From: Camelus ferus
Lineage: Eukaryota
DNA: 64,000 nucleotides
Assembly (NCBI RefSeq): GCF_009834535.1
Contig: NC_045705.1
Location: 56,172,001-56,236,000, forward strand
Reading direction: 5' to 3'
Position numbers and translations under genes: made by a program. A model generated the notes under the pieces. It saw nothing but the letters and a program-made list of their open reading frames with translations. It did no database searches and was not told the DNA's origin. Positions within the stretch are counted from its first letter, which is position 1. Every line of letters begins with the position of its first letter. Shown here one piece after another: positions 11,941 to 22,790 of this stretch.

Positions 11941-12876
11941 TTATTTTGGGATGAATATTCTAAGCACCCTTTCACGGATCTGCTTGGTCCTGACTCCATA
12001 GATAACAGGGTTGAGCATTGGTGGAATAACCACATAGAGATTGGCCAGGAGGATATGAATGTAGCGGGGAACATTCTGGCCAAAACGGTGTGTCATAAAA
12101 GAGAAGAGGGCTGGGATGTAAAAGGCCAAAATTACACAAACATGGGAACCACAGGTGCATAGAGACTTGAGCCTGGCCTCACGGGAGGGGAGACGGAAAA
12201 CAGCACAGAGAATTTGGACATAGGAGAGAGCAATGGCCATGATGTCAAATCCCAGGATAGCAATGGTCCCCAGACCATATATGATGTTGACCCTGATACT
12301 TGCACAGGCCAGACGAGCAAGCCCCATGTGCTCACAGTATGTGTGAGGAATGATGTGGTGTCCACAGAAGGGCAGTCGCAAGATGAGGAATACAAAGGGA
12401 AACACACAGAATAAAGATCTCCCAACCACCCCAAAGCCAATAAGAGATACTGTCTTGTTAGTAAGGATTGTGCTATAACGAAGGGGGTTACAAATAGCTA
12501 CATAGCGGTCATAAGCCATGGCCAGAAGGACTACTGACTCCATGCCAGTAAAGATGTGAATGAAAAACATTTGAGTGAGGCAGGCATCAAAAATGATCTC
12601 CCTGAGGCTGAACCAGAAGATGCCCAGCATCTTAGGGATGGTGGCTGTGGACAGTCCCAAGTCAATGGTAGCCAGCATCGCCAGGAAGTAGAACATGGGC
12701 TGGTGGAGGCTGTGCTCAGTCTGGATGACAAACAAGATGGTGAAGTTTCCTATGAGTGCAATCAGATACACAGCACAAAAAGGAAAGCCAATCCAGATGT
12801 GAATGTTTTCCAGTCCTGGGATGCCCAGCAGCAGGAAGGAGGAGGGGTGGAACTGGGTGTCATTGGAAAGAGGCAT
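11941..12876 (-). CDS. Olfactory receptor, OR52E subfamily (311 aa; in-frame alternative ATG at 12894)
   Basis: Intact [13 protein letters not shown]... with all OR motifs. Clearly paralogous to OR52E2, but the exact orthologue cannot be assigned. Splice acceptor tttttccag| at about 12970. Confidence 0.92.
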   Translation of the reverse strand: MPLSNDTQFHPSSFLLLGIPGLENIHIWIGFPFCAVYLIALIGNFTILFVIQTEHSLHQPMFYFLAMLATIDLGLSTATIPKMLGIFWFSLREIIFDACLTQMFFIHIFTGMESVVLLAMAYDRYVAICNPLRYSTILTNKTVSLIGFGVVGRSLFCVFPFVFLILRLPFCGHHIIPHTYCEHMGLARLACASIRVNIIYGLGTIAILGFDIMAIALSYVQILCAVFRLPSREARLKSLCTCGSHVCVILAFYIPALFSFMTHRFGQNVPRYIHILLANLYVVIPPMLNPVIYGVRTKQIRERVLRIFIPK

Positions 12877-13547
12877 CTTGGCTTGTGATTTCATTTGAAT
12901 GTGTTCACTGCAGATGTGTGCTGACCCATATTGGGAGGGACCAGTCTGTGACCATTAAGTTTTACAGTACTGGAAAAAAACAAAAACCAAATATCCTACC
13001 TGTTTATCCCCATAGCAGAAACCTCATCAATAGCCTTTTTGCCAGAATCATTGAAATCCTCTGTCATAATAAAATTATTCCAATTGAAATTTAGTCACCG
13101 AAAACTGATTAATTTTATTACTCTAAATCTTTGTTTCACAGAAACAAAGAGGGAGGGAATAAGAGACTAGAAAGTAGGATATCATGTAATGTTAAGAATG
13201 ACTTTAGTGGGACCTCTTCATGGTAACACATCACTAACTGTGTCCCATGACTTTAAAGTGTATGCTTTCTGCCAAGAGTGTGGACTGCTAAGAAAGGAGG
13301 CTAGAGGAATGAAAGTGTGATCACTGTTGGGTAGAAAAGATTATGAGTGGCAACCAAACATTGTTTCTTATCAAATTACTATTTAATCTCAAGTATCTAC
13401 CTTCTTTACAATTTAATAGATGTTTATACAGAAGATATTGATGTTCTGAACAGTGAGATATATTTCTATTTCTCTGTCTCCATATATAGAAATAGGAACA
13501 AGTGATACACTTACAACCATCCCGTACTCATACAACCATTTTTTTTT

Positions 13548-13708
13548 NNNNNNNNNNNNNNNNNNNNNNNNNNNNNNNNNNNNNNNNNNNNNNNNNNNNN
13601 NNNNNNNNNNNNNNNNNNNNNNNNNNNNNNNNNNNNNNNNNNNNNNNNNNNNNNNNNNNNNNNNNNNNNNNNNNNNNNNNNNNNNNNNNNNNNNNNNNNN
13701 NNNNNNNN
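13548..13708. other. Assembly gap (161 N)
   Basis: Run of N. Confidence 0.99.
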
Positions 13709-13738
13709 ACTGCTTATATAACTATACAACTCTGTCTC

Positions 13739-13822
13739 CATATATCTATATCTATATCTATATCTATATCTATATCTATATCTATATCTATATCTATATC
13801 TATACCTATACCTATATCTATA
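13739..13822. repeat. (TATATC)n / (TATACC)n microsatellite
   Basis: Directly visible hexamer repeat. Confidence 0.95.
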
Positions 13823-14039
13823 TAGTTGACACTTGAACACTGCAGGGCTTAGGGGCACCAACCCCTACCCAGTCAAAAATCCACATATAACTTTACAGTC
13901 AGCCATTCATGTCTTTGGTTCTGCATCTGTGAATTCAAACAACCGTGGTTAGTGTAGACTACAGCAGATATTTATTAAAAAGAATCACCATATAAGTGGA
14001 CCTTCACAGTTCAAACCCATGTTGTTCAAGGGTCAACTA
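13823..14039. mobile_element. Tigger2-family MITE (TcMar DNA transposon), complete
   Basis: Terminal inverted repeats TAGTTGACACTTGAACA... and ...TGTTGTTCAAGGGTCAACTA flanked by TA. The recalled Tigger2 TIR is CAGTTGACCCTTGAACAAC. Confidence 0.85.
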
Positions 14040-14040
14040 T

Positions 14041-14082
14041 ACACACTCATACACACACACACACACACACATAAACACACAC
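14041..14082. repeat. (CA)n microsatellite
   Basis: Directly visible. Confidence 0.9.
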
Positions 14083-15339
14083 TGTTGTGACAGTTTGCTT
14101 AATTTTGCAAATGGTAAAATGAATACAAGTAGTTGTTACACAAATGATTGTTAAAGAATCGTTTTCTGGCCTATAAGGAGAATCTAATTAATCTATGTTC
14201 TGGGGAATAATAAATGACTGCAAAAATAGATCTCCCATCTCTCACAGGTATATTCTAGAGTAGTTGACAATGATTTTTTTTAAAAGGTAAAAGAAAAGTA
14301 ATTCAAAAAGTTGCAGAGGTTGATTTAGGTAGACAGAAAAAGAGGAAGTAAATATCCTATAAATTTGGAGAGACAGGAAGAAACAGTGACAGGGTGAAAT
14401 CTCCTTTATGTACCTATTATCTTTAGAATAGCTTTTATAAAATTTATTTTAAGTTATATTTACCTACTATTTTGTCTAATTTCTGGACAGTGAGCTCTTT
14501 AATGTTAAAGAAACTCTCTCTCCCTTATGTCTCCATACCCAATATCTAGTACTGAGCCTGGTATATTGGTTAAGGGAATTTTTAAATACATATTTTAAGG
14601 AATTTTTTGAATAGTGAACCTAAGTATAATACAGAGATTAACCTTGATCTTTGTATTTTGTTTTTTAAATAAGTAATAAACAAAATGTAAGTACTCTGTA
14701 AGATTTCTTTGATAAAAAGAAAATGAAATGTGGCTTAAATAGTATACAGTGTTTCCTAAAGTCTTAAGTCTTGAGTGGTAGAGATAATCATGAAGTGGAC
14801 CCAAGGTTTACTGCCTATCTTTGGAATTTTAGCTCATAGTGTCAGAATTCTTTATGGTTGCAGGAAATGATTAGTCCTTCTAATACACAATACCTGCCCT
14901 TCCAAGGAACTACACACTGAAAATTCTGAACTCTAAGAGATAAGTGTCGTAAGCCAACACTATACAAGGAAATACATTAGCAAAGCCTTGTGAACTCTGG
15001 AGATATAATAGTTTTTTTCCCCACTAATGTCTATACATATTGTAAAGTATTTACACAACACAATACAGTTTTTGAGTACGGGGTTGGTCCTTCATCTACA
15101 AGTCACACAGCAGTGCTCAGAAATGCACTAGAATATTTCTACTGTTTCTTTTTGTATATCTTTCAGTGTTTATCACATTAGCCTTAGAATATGAGAAGAC
15201 ACATTTAGGATTCCTTTTTTTCTTTCTTTCTTTCTTTATTTTCTACTTTACTCTGATATGAAACAATAAACAAATCTTCCTAGGTTGAGACACCTGGCCT
15301 TAAAATGATTGGAAAGATAAAAATGCACACAGGGGTTAT

Positions 15340-15469
15340 CAGGAGGGTGGTAGAACTCTGTGGTAGAGTATGTGCTTGGCATGCACAAGGTCCTGAGTTC
15401 AATCCCCAGTACCTCCATTAAAAATAAATAAATAAAAACCTAATTACCTCCCCCCAAAAAAGAAAAAAA
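15340..15469 (+). mobile_element. tRNA-derived SINE, camelid Vic-1 type
   Basis: gtggtagagtatgtgcttggcatgcacaaggtcctgagttcaatccccagtacctcc (A/B boxes) plus tail aaataaataaataaaaacctaattacctcccccc. Flanked by GGGGTTAT at 15332-15339 and 15472-15479. Confidence 0.85.
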
Positions 15470-15627
15470 TGGGGGTTATTAATGATATTTTTCTCTTCTA
15501 TGTAAATATAAAACCTCATTTCATGAACCCAATCTCAGCCCCTCTGCTCTTTTTTTGTGACACTTCTATCTTTTCCCCCTTCTTCCCCTCTGTCATTTTC
15601 CCTGTGGGCTTTGGAAAGGTGTGGTCG

Positions 15628-15860
15628 ACTCACCAGACTGTGCACCATAAGTGATTCTGAGCCCCTAGGTTTTCATGTATACCCAAATAGAGAATGTAGT
15701 TGTTATCCTTTATATGATGCTCCTGAAAGGAGAGCCTCCCAGTGAAACTCTCTAGAGCCAACATGCTGAAGATAGGAGGGCCCAGAATTCCCTGTTTTAA
15801 CCAAGTCCCATGCTAAGTAGAAAAATCCACCAGGGATTTCTGCCCTTTTCTAGGGATTGT
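15628..15860 (-). promoter_or_regulatory. Candidate promoter and first exon of the OR52E paralogue
   Basis: TATAAA on the minus strand (15714-15709), donor CTG|GTGAGT at 15634/15633, several O/E-like sites (CTCTCTAGAG, TCCCTGGT, TCCCTAGA) at 15745-15860, and homology to positions 44-200. Confidence 0.6.
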
Positions 15861-16049
15861 TATGATTTTATGTTTAAATAATTATTGCATATACTAAGTT
15901 AGATTATTCTACTAAATTAATTTCTCTTTGTTTAGCTTGTGTAATATGGTTACTAGAAAATTTTAAGTACATGGGTGACTTACATTTTATTTCTAATAGA
16001 GAGAATCATTCTAGAACAGTAAGGAGTGGTGGGCATTGTTCAGGGGATA

Positions 16050-16650
16050 GGTAAGCAATACACACTAAGTCAGCTACATCAGGGGAACATATTACATTTC
16101 CTTTGGACAAGGGGAGACTGTCAACCTCAGACAAAGAGAACTGCTTCTAGTGGTAAAGGAGGCTGGGCAGAACTCAGGGTTTGCTTCATTGGGGCCTACT
16201 CGTAGAAGACCATTCCAACTTTTAGAACACTCCTCAATAAATCGACTCCTAGGAGATAAATATTTCTTTAGGATAGTCAAAAATGCTTTCTATTTCCTTA
16301 CCTGGACCTTGGGCTGGGTGTTTAAAACCCTGAACTCATTATTACCTTTATCCAGGTTCTTCAGCTTATTTGTCACAGAAAGCCAAATCCATACTCTCTT
16401 TATTCTTATGGAAATCTTCTTTGGCAGAAATACTTGGACATTCAAAGCCTTGCCTTTTTTAAGCACTTGGTTAAGGCTGTCTAGAGGTGATGATAAATGT
16501 AACAGTTTTGTCAATGTCCTCCATACACCACAAGTGTCCTCTTTATCAACAGCAGTGGAGGCCTTAATGACCTTAGCTAATCAAATAAGGAACTAATCCC
16601 AAATTCCCATTTTTAAGAATATTTTGCCCAGGAACCACTTTTGGTATATA
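16050..16650 (-). mobile_element. ERVL (ERV3-16A3/ERVL-E-like) internal leader and degenerate gag N-terminus
   Basis: Minus-strand translation ...WLSVTNKLKNLDKGNNEFRVLNTQPK...*KAFLTILKKYLSPRSR resembles ERVL gag (WLLL..L..L.KENDKLRALNSQLK...ASL..LKE.LISCS). Begins agtggttcctggg right after the LTR. Confidence 0.6.
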
Positions 16651-16654
16651 TACT

Positions 16655-17190
16655 TATGTCAGCCTGGATTCAGAACTGCTGTGTGTATAAGGAGTAAAGA
16701 CAGGAATTGATACAAGTTGGAAGAAGCTAGAAAAGATTTGAAAATAAATTTACTAAACAGATTATTTATGCATGAATGAGTTGCTTTTGCAGAAACTAGG
16801 TACATTCAGTTTCTGGGATGGAACTGTAAGGAACTGGGTGTAGAAATTTGTGGAAGGTGATTTGTTATCCACAGCTACTGGACCTTTGTATCTGCAGTAA
16901 AGTATCTAGTGCTGGACTTGTGATCACTGTTGGTCAGGAGGGCTTGTTGCCATGGAGAGCTGGACGTGGAGCTGGGGGAAGTGAGGAGAAATTAGAATCC
17001 TCTAGTATCACTGTGTTTATCCATCATTGCCTATAAGTTGAACATTAGAAAATAATGGCTGACTTTTCACATTTGCTCTCACACCTTATGCATTTCTTAT
17101 GTAACCAACTCTAAGCTGGAAGCTTGAAGGGAAGAGAATTCTGGGAAACAGAGTGCTGGTTTAGCTAAGTAGTCACAGTACAAAATCACC
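16655..17190 (-). mobile_element. ERVL LTR (LTR33/40/41-like), 5' LTR of the adjacent internal fragment
   Basis: Minus strand starts tggtgattttgtactgtgactacttagctaa...tttcccagaattctcttccc and ends ctgaatccaggctgacata. Confidence 0.6.
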
Positions 17191-17259
17191 AAAGGACACT
17201 TGATCATCTGTGCTTATCTCAGTGTCGTGCATAGTTAATTATCAGTTGATATTTTAAGA

Positions 17260-17760
17260 AATGAATACAGTGTTTAAATGAACCCAAGAATAAATTAACT
17301 CAGAATTCCATGAAGATATTTTTAACAATTGCAGAATGACAACAGTTTTTTTTAAAACAAATTATTGTAAAGAACAAAAGAAGAGCAAATAAATTATTGA
17401 AGGATAATCAGCTATAAAAGTTATTCAAATACATCATAAATCTGTAGTGATGAAAACATTGTGATACTAGTCCAAGAATAAACAGACAAGCTGATTATAT
17501 TAATAAAAAGCAGATTCTTGTACAAATTGAAATTCAATTTGAAGAAAAAATAAGTACAATTAAGTTCTGAAGTGTTGAGTTATTAGATCAATTATGTTAT
17601 AAAAATAAGTTAGGAATGGAAACAGAGAAGTAGTTAATTTCCCACCCTACATTTGACACCAAAATGAATTACAATTAGATTAGAATGAAATATAAAAATG
17701 AATGCATAAACATAAATACACATACACAAATCCCATGGAATAGATGTTGGAATGTTAGTA
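17260..17760 (+). mobile_element. Degenerate L1 ORF2 fragment
   Basis: A-rich; tacatcataaatctgtagtgatgaaaacattgtgatactagtccaagaataaacagaca matches L1 ORF2. Confidence 0.55.
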
Positions 17761-17859
17761 TATAATAAAGTAATGCAAAGCCATAAGTCTGAAAGTTATT
17801 GGAGGCTGTGCTATAGGTAATATAATCTGTAATGATTTCATTATAAATTTAATCTACCA

Positions 17860-18020
17860 GATAAACAACAAAGTCCTACTGTATAGCGCAGAGAACTATA
17901 TTCAATACCTTGTAATGCCATATAATAAAAAAGAATATATATGTAAAAATGAATCACTATGTTGTATACCAGAAATTAACATATTGTAAATTGACTATAC
18001 TTCAATAAAAAATTAGACAA
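17860..18020 (+). mobile_element. Heavily 5'-truncated, lineage-specific L1 3' tail
   Basis: gataaacaacaaagtcctactgtatagc...aaattgactatacttcaataaaaa with a perfect 15-bp TSD AAATTTAATCTACCA (17845-17859, 18021-18035). Confidence 0.85.
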
Positions 18021-19123
18021 AAATTTAATCTACCATATAAAAATAAAGTAAATATAAAGAGTTCATAGGAAAGTGTTGATATGCAAAATACATTCAAATA
18101 ACTCTGTGATGAGACTTTTAGGAAGCTAGGCAAAAAATTTGGTGAAGTGGGAAGGAAATTACAATAAATAAGAAACAAATACAAGAAGCAAGAATATGAT
18201 CCATTCAATCAGTAACCTACTACCTAACAATTCTAAGTATACAACCTTTAGAAAATGTTCAAATATGCACAAAAAGTATGTCACAACATTGATTCTAAAT
18301 TAAAAGTAACTAAAATATTATACATATCACCAAAAGTTGAAGAGATAAGTAAAATGCAAATGAAAGTTTCTACTACATTTCAAAAGGAAATAACTATATC
18401 CCACATGTATCAACACAGATAATCTCTAAATTTAATATTAAGTGCAACAATTGTCTGTGAAATAATACACAGTACATTACCATATGAATTAAAAATTAAA
18501 ATTCCACATCCACCTCCCCCCACTGAAATTATTGAATTTAAAATGATAAATTTAGACTCTAAGAAAGATTTTTTAAAAAGCATGTGGTAGTCACTCTGTC
18601 TCTGAGGATGAGAAAAAAAAAAAAAACTGAAACTAGATTGGAGTAGTAGTCATAGGTTATTTCAACTTAAATCCCTCATATATTTGATTAAAAATACCAT
18701 TTAAGATAAATAAATCATAGTAACAATAGTTTTTAATTCCACATTATGGAAACAGAGTGCTTTGTTGTATGTTTCCTTGTCTTACTTTTAAGCTAAGGGA
18801 AAAATAGAGACCTTAAAATCTAGGGGGGAAAAGCAATGTTAACAAGAATAATGATAGGAAAGGTCATTGCTTGGACTATTCACGCTCACTCAAAATGAAG
18901 TAATGCAAACAGTTCTCACTGTCACAATAGAAATCAGTCCTTGAACTTAAAATATTTTGAAGACTATTCCAACCACAGAATCAATAGGGAGCCAAGATCA
19001 AATAAATCCCCTGGAATGGAATTGGCAGCACTAAATTTTGACAGAGAAAGGTCTTTGCTCAAAGAACAAACCAACATTTCTTGCTGGATCAAAATGCTTC
19101 TTAAACAAAGGAGGCAAGGGTCC

Positions 19124-20059
19124 TTATTTTTTAATAAGCACACAGAGTACTCGCTCTCGTATCTGTTTGGTCCTCACACCATAGATGATGGGGTTGAGTG
19201 AAGGTGGGATAACCAAATAGAGGTTGGCAACAAGAATGTGAATGTAGCGGGGTATGCTGTGTCCAAATCGGTGAGTGAGGAAAGAGAAGACTGAGGGGAT
19301 ATAGAAAACACAAATGACCCCAACATGGGAGCCACACGTGCTTAGGGCTTTTAGCCGTGCATCTTGGGATGGGAGGCGAAGGACAGCATGGAGAATATAA
19401 ATATAGGAGATGCCAACAAGGACTAGGTTTAGGACAAAGAAGAAAACAACAAAGAGCCCATAAGTACCATTGATGCGGATGTTTCCACAGGATAGTTTTG
19501 CGATACCCATGTGCTCACAGTAGGAATGAGCTATCACATGAGCCTGACAAAAGGGTAGGCGGTAGATGAGATAGATCATGGGAAGTGTCAGCAGGACTGG
19601 ACGAATTACAATGCACATGCTGATGCCCACCAGCACCCGGGATGTCAGGATGGTCATGTAGTGGAGTGGAGCACAGATTGCTACATAGCGGTCAAAGGCC
19701 ATGGCCACCAGGACCTCAGCCTCCATGCCAGTGAAGGCATGGATCAGGAACATCTGGGCCACACAAGCCCCAAAGTTAATCTCATGAGCATCAAACCAGA
19801 AGATACCCAGCATGCGGGGGACAGAGGTTGTTGAAAGGGCCAAATCAATGGTTGAAAGGATGGCCAGAAAGTAGAACATAGGCTCCCGGAGGGTCTGCTC
19901 CATCTTGATGACTAGCAGAATTGTGACATTGCCTAGTAAAGCCACAAGGTAAACAAAGCAGAAAGGCAGGGAGATCCAGGCATGGACCTCTTCCAGGCCT
20001 GGGATTCCAATGAGGAAAAATGTGGTTGGGTGAAAAAAACTCCTATTGTGATAAAACAT
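19124..20059 (-). CDS. OR52J3: Olfactory receptor 52J3, copy A (311 aa)
   Basis: [24 protein letters not shown]...[12 protein letters not shown]...THRFG matches recalled human OR52J3. Splice acceptor cctcctag| at 20095/20094 makes the ORF-track ATG at 20173 intronic. Confidence 0.92.
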   Translation of the reverse strand: MFYHNRSFFHPTTFFLIGIPGLEEVHAWISLPFCFVYLVALLGNVTILLVIKMEQTLREPMFYFLAILSTIDLALSTTSVPRMLGIFWFDAHEINFGACVAQMFLIHAFTGMEAEVLVAMAFDRYVAICAPLHYMTILTSRVLVGISMCIVIRPVLLTLPMIYLIYRLPFCQAHVIAHSYCEHMGIAKLSCGNIRINGTYGLFVVFFFVLNLVLVGISYIYILHAVLRLPSQDARLKALSTCGSHVGVICVFYIPSVFSFLTHRFGHSIPRYIHILVANLYLVIPPSLNPIIYGVRTKQIRERVLCVLIKK

Positions 20060-20726
20060 CCTTCCAAATAACAGAGTAGGAGATGTTGTCACTCCTAGGA
20101 GGAGGAAAAAAAAAGTTGAGTAAGAAATAGTTATGAAAATTATTACCTTAGTGCTTCTATATATGGTGAACATGAAAAAGTTTGCTATTTCGAAGGTTAT
20201 ATTAATTTTCTTTTTAATTTCTAAATTGAACCATTCTCATTTGGGGCATGTCTCAAAGGGCTTAATCCTTAGACAGATTTAATCCTAATTTTTTTAACAT
20301 GTAAGGTTTATCAGCATACCCATGGCAGAGTTATAAGATATAGGACATAATATTATGTATGGAATAATTTAGTATTCCCCGTATCTTTTGTGAAGTCCTT
20401 CTCTAAAGAGGGTCACATGAAAAATCAATGATACACATATGGAAATGCAGGCATAACCCAAAAGGAGACAGATAGATGAGAAAGTAAAGTCATAGGCACA
20501 AATGTACGACACTCTCATACTTAGAAAACCCTGAAATTATCTAATGATCCATTCATCATTTGTTGAAAACCCAGAAACTTTCTAATGATCCATTCATCAT
20601 TTATTGACACAGAGAAAATACCAAAACCATACGTAATATCCTGTTTAAAAGACTGCAACAAAGTATCAGAGATACATATTATCACAAAGAAAAGCACAGA
20701 CACTCTGGAGCACACACTGGCTAGTC

Positions 20727-21170
20727 ACATACCTCCGTACTTGAAAAGAGCCGAGAAAGAAATATAATAATAAACTTTTGTAGATTTTCATTGATGTCTC
20801 TATTTTCCCAAGACCATTCCATTTCATAGAGGCTCATTTTTTAGTGCTATGGTTGTGGTGGTTCCTAGTGGTATTTGAAAACTTCTTCATTCACTTTCCA
20901 CTCTACATCAGGTCCTCAGAGAAAACCTGCTCATTTTACCACTGCTGCAGAACTAGCTAGTACTTGGTTCACTCCTTCTGCCTGATTAAGACACTGGAAA
21001 TGTGAGTACAGGACAACCCAGAAGGCTTCAGGTTGTTATGGACCTGAGGAAGGCATTTTTGAGCATCACAAAACTGTCTGGAATAACAAAATCTAATGGA
21101 AGAGAGAATTACTTTCTGTAATTGTCTAAAGGAAATAGAGAAGTGTGCTTTCGCAATGCCTTCAAAATGA
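20727..21170 (-). promoter_or_regulatory. Candidate promoter/first exon of OR52J3 copy A
   Basis: Donor GAG|GTATGT at 20733/20732. Block about 20890-21170 aligns by eye to about 30745-31025 upstream of copy B. Confidence 0.5.
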
Positions 21171-21376
21171 TGGAGAAGCAGTCAGGAGAAGCCCCATAAA
21201 CTCAAATAATGAAATAAAGAGCCTTTCTCTGGGTCTCTAACTTAAGGCAGAGTAATCCAAGATGAGGATAAAGAAGGACAGACTTCTGTTCTTACCCTTT
21301 ATGTAACTCTATATTTCCATGGGAAATACATATGGGTGAAAAAATAAATGTTATATATGTTCTGAAGTTTGAGAGC

Positions 21377-21430
21377 GAGTGTGTGTGTGTGCATGTGTGC
21401 GTGTGTTTGTGTGTGTGAGAGAGAGAGAGA
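21377..21430. repeat. (GT)n(GA)n compound microsatellite
   Basis: Directly visible. Confidence 0.9.
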
Positions 21431-22559
21431 TGGAGGGAGAAAAAGAGAGAGTTGTATTTTGTAATGCTCCCATATTTGTATTTTTTAAAAACTGAAACTT
21501 CCAGGTAATGGTCATTGCCCACTGGCAGGGTACTGGCCAAAACCAAGCCTTCTAGACTTCATGATGCCTACCTTTGGTTCATCTCTGAAAATTAACCCTC
21601 AATAACATGCCACTTCTAACCTCAGATTTCCATCATGCTTCATAAGTCCATGTCATCCAATCCCTATCACCTATAGCAGAAGCAGAAATTCTACTTTATC
21701 AACCAACTATATAACCATTTTGTAAATAGATTTTCAATGCCTTGGATCTTCTAGATATTTTTAGATACTCAATCTCTATTTAAAAGTTGCAAGATTTTCC
21801 CCACTGTTAGATCCAGAAATTGGACTACTACATCATGTATATTGTATCAAGGTGGCAGTTCTCAGCCACCAGTGATTATCTCTCTCATTTGACTGCAACA
21901 CATACCTAAATCAAAGGAAAATTCACCCGTGATACTTCATTCTTCCACAGGAATAGAGACACAAGGTGATGATCAAGCAGTAAAAAAATCTATGCCTGTT
22001 TTTTTTTAATATAATCCAAAGAGAGAAGTTTTATATTAAAGTTCTAGCTGCTTATAGCATTGGAAAAAACAAGTTAACTCAGTTTTCTATTGTAAATGGT
22101 GCCTTGAGATCGAATCCTCTGAGATTGCTGACAAAACCCTTAGACTATGGTTTAGAAAAACAGAAGCTCAAGAGAAAGTAACACAAATAGGAAATTATGT
22201 AGAGAAAATTATAAATGTGGTACCAAGGCACAGATATGATCATTTGTATATAGCAGAGAGAGAAACAGTCATGCCCCTCTAGGTAAGATTTTGCAGTCAA
22301 ATTCTAAGGATTGCTGTTTTCCAGATAAAATAGTACTTAATCCATATTCTAAGTTCAAACATAATTAACCTAGCATGAGAGACTCCATTTTCAGACTTAG
22401 TTCTCTCTGTCCCCCTTCACTGACTGGGTGTTTTAGGTTCATTGAATGCTTAGCTCTATGGATTCCAACCTGTGAGTCTTTTGTCCCACTGTCCTCAGTC
22501 AATGATTGTTCCTCTCTCTCTTCCCCTTTGACAATTATTCATATCTATATCACAGAGGC

Positions 22560-22790
22560 CATAGAGAGAAGTAGTAAAAATAACCAACCCTGAAACTGAC
22601 CTGATTCAGTTCAAATACTGGATTCCCATGTAGTGGCAACATCACCACGAGTGATCTATTAATATCTCTATGTCTCAGAACCCTCAACTGGAAAATTAGG
22701 GATGATAATAGTACCAATAGCAATGGATATTTTGAAGAATAAATTAAGTAGTGAATATCAGGCATTTGGTACAATACCTGGCACATTTGA
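22560..22790. mobile_element. MIR
   Basis: tctcagaaccctcaactggaaaattagggatgataatagtacc...caggcatttggtacaatacctggcacat. Confidence 0.6.

Noticed and set aside
13453-13861. Long ORFs with X runs and YI/RY/IS repeats (also 40847-41356, 42926-43472, 55893-56189)
   Set aside because: Artefacts of N gaps and microsatellites.
15360-15420. tRNA-like A/B boxes
   Set aside because: Head of a tRNA-derived SINE, not a tRNA gene.
20060-20173. 38-aa N-terminal extension of OR52J3 copy A in the ORF track (likewise 19 aa for OR52E2 and 5 aa for copy B)
   Set aside because: The copy A ATG lies upstream of the splice acceptor (intronic); the others start at non-ATG codons.
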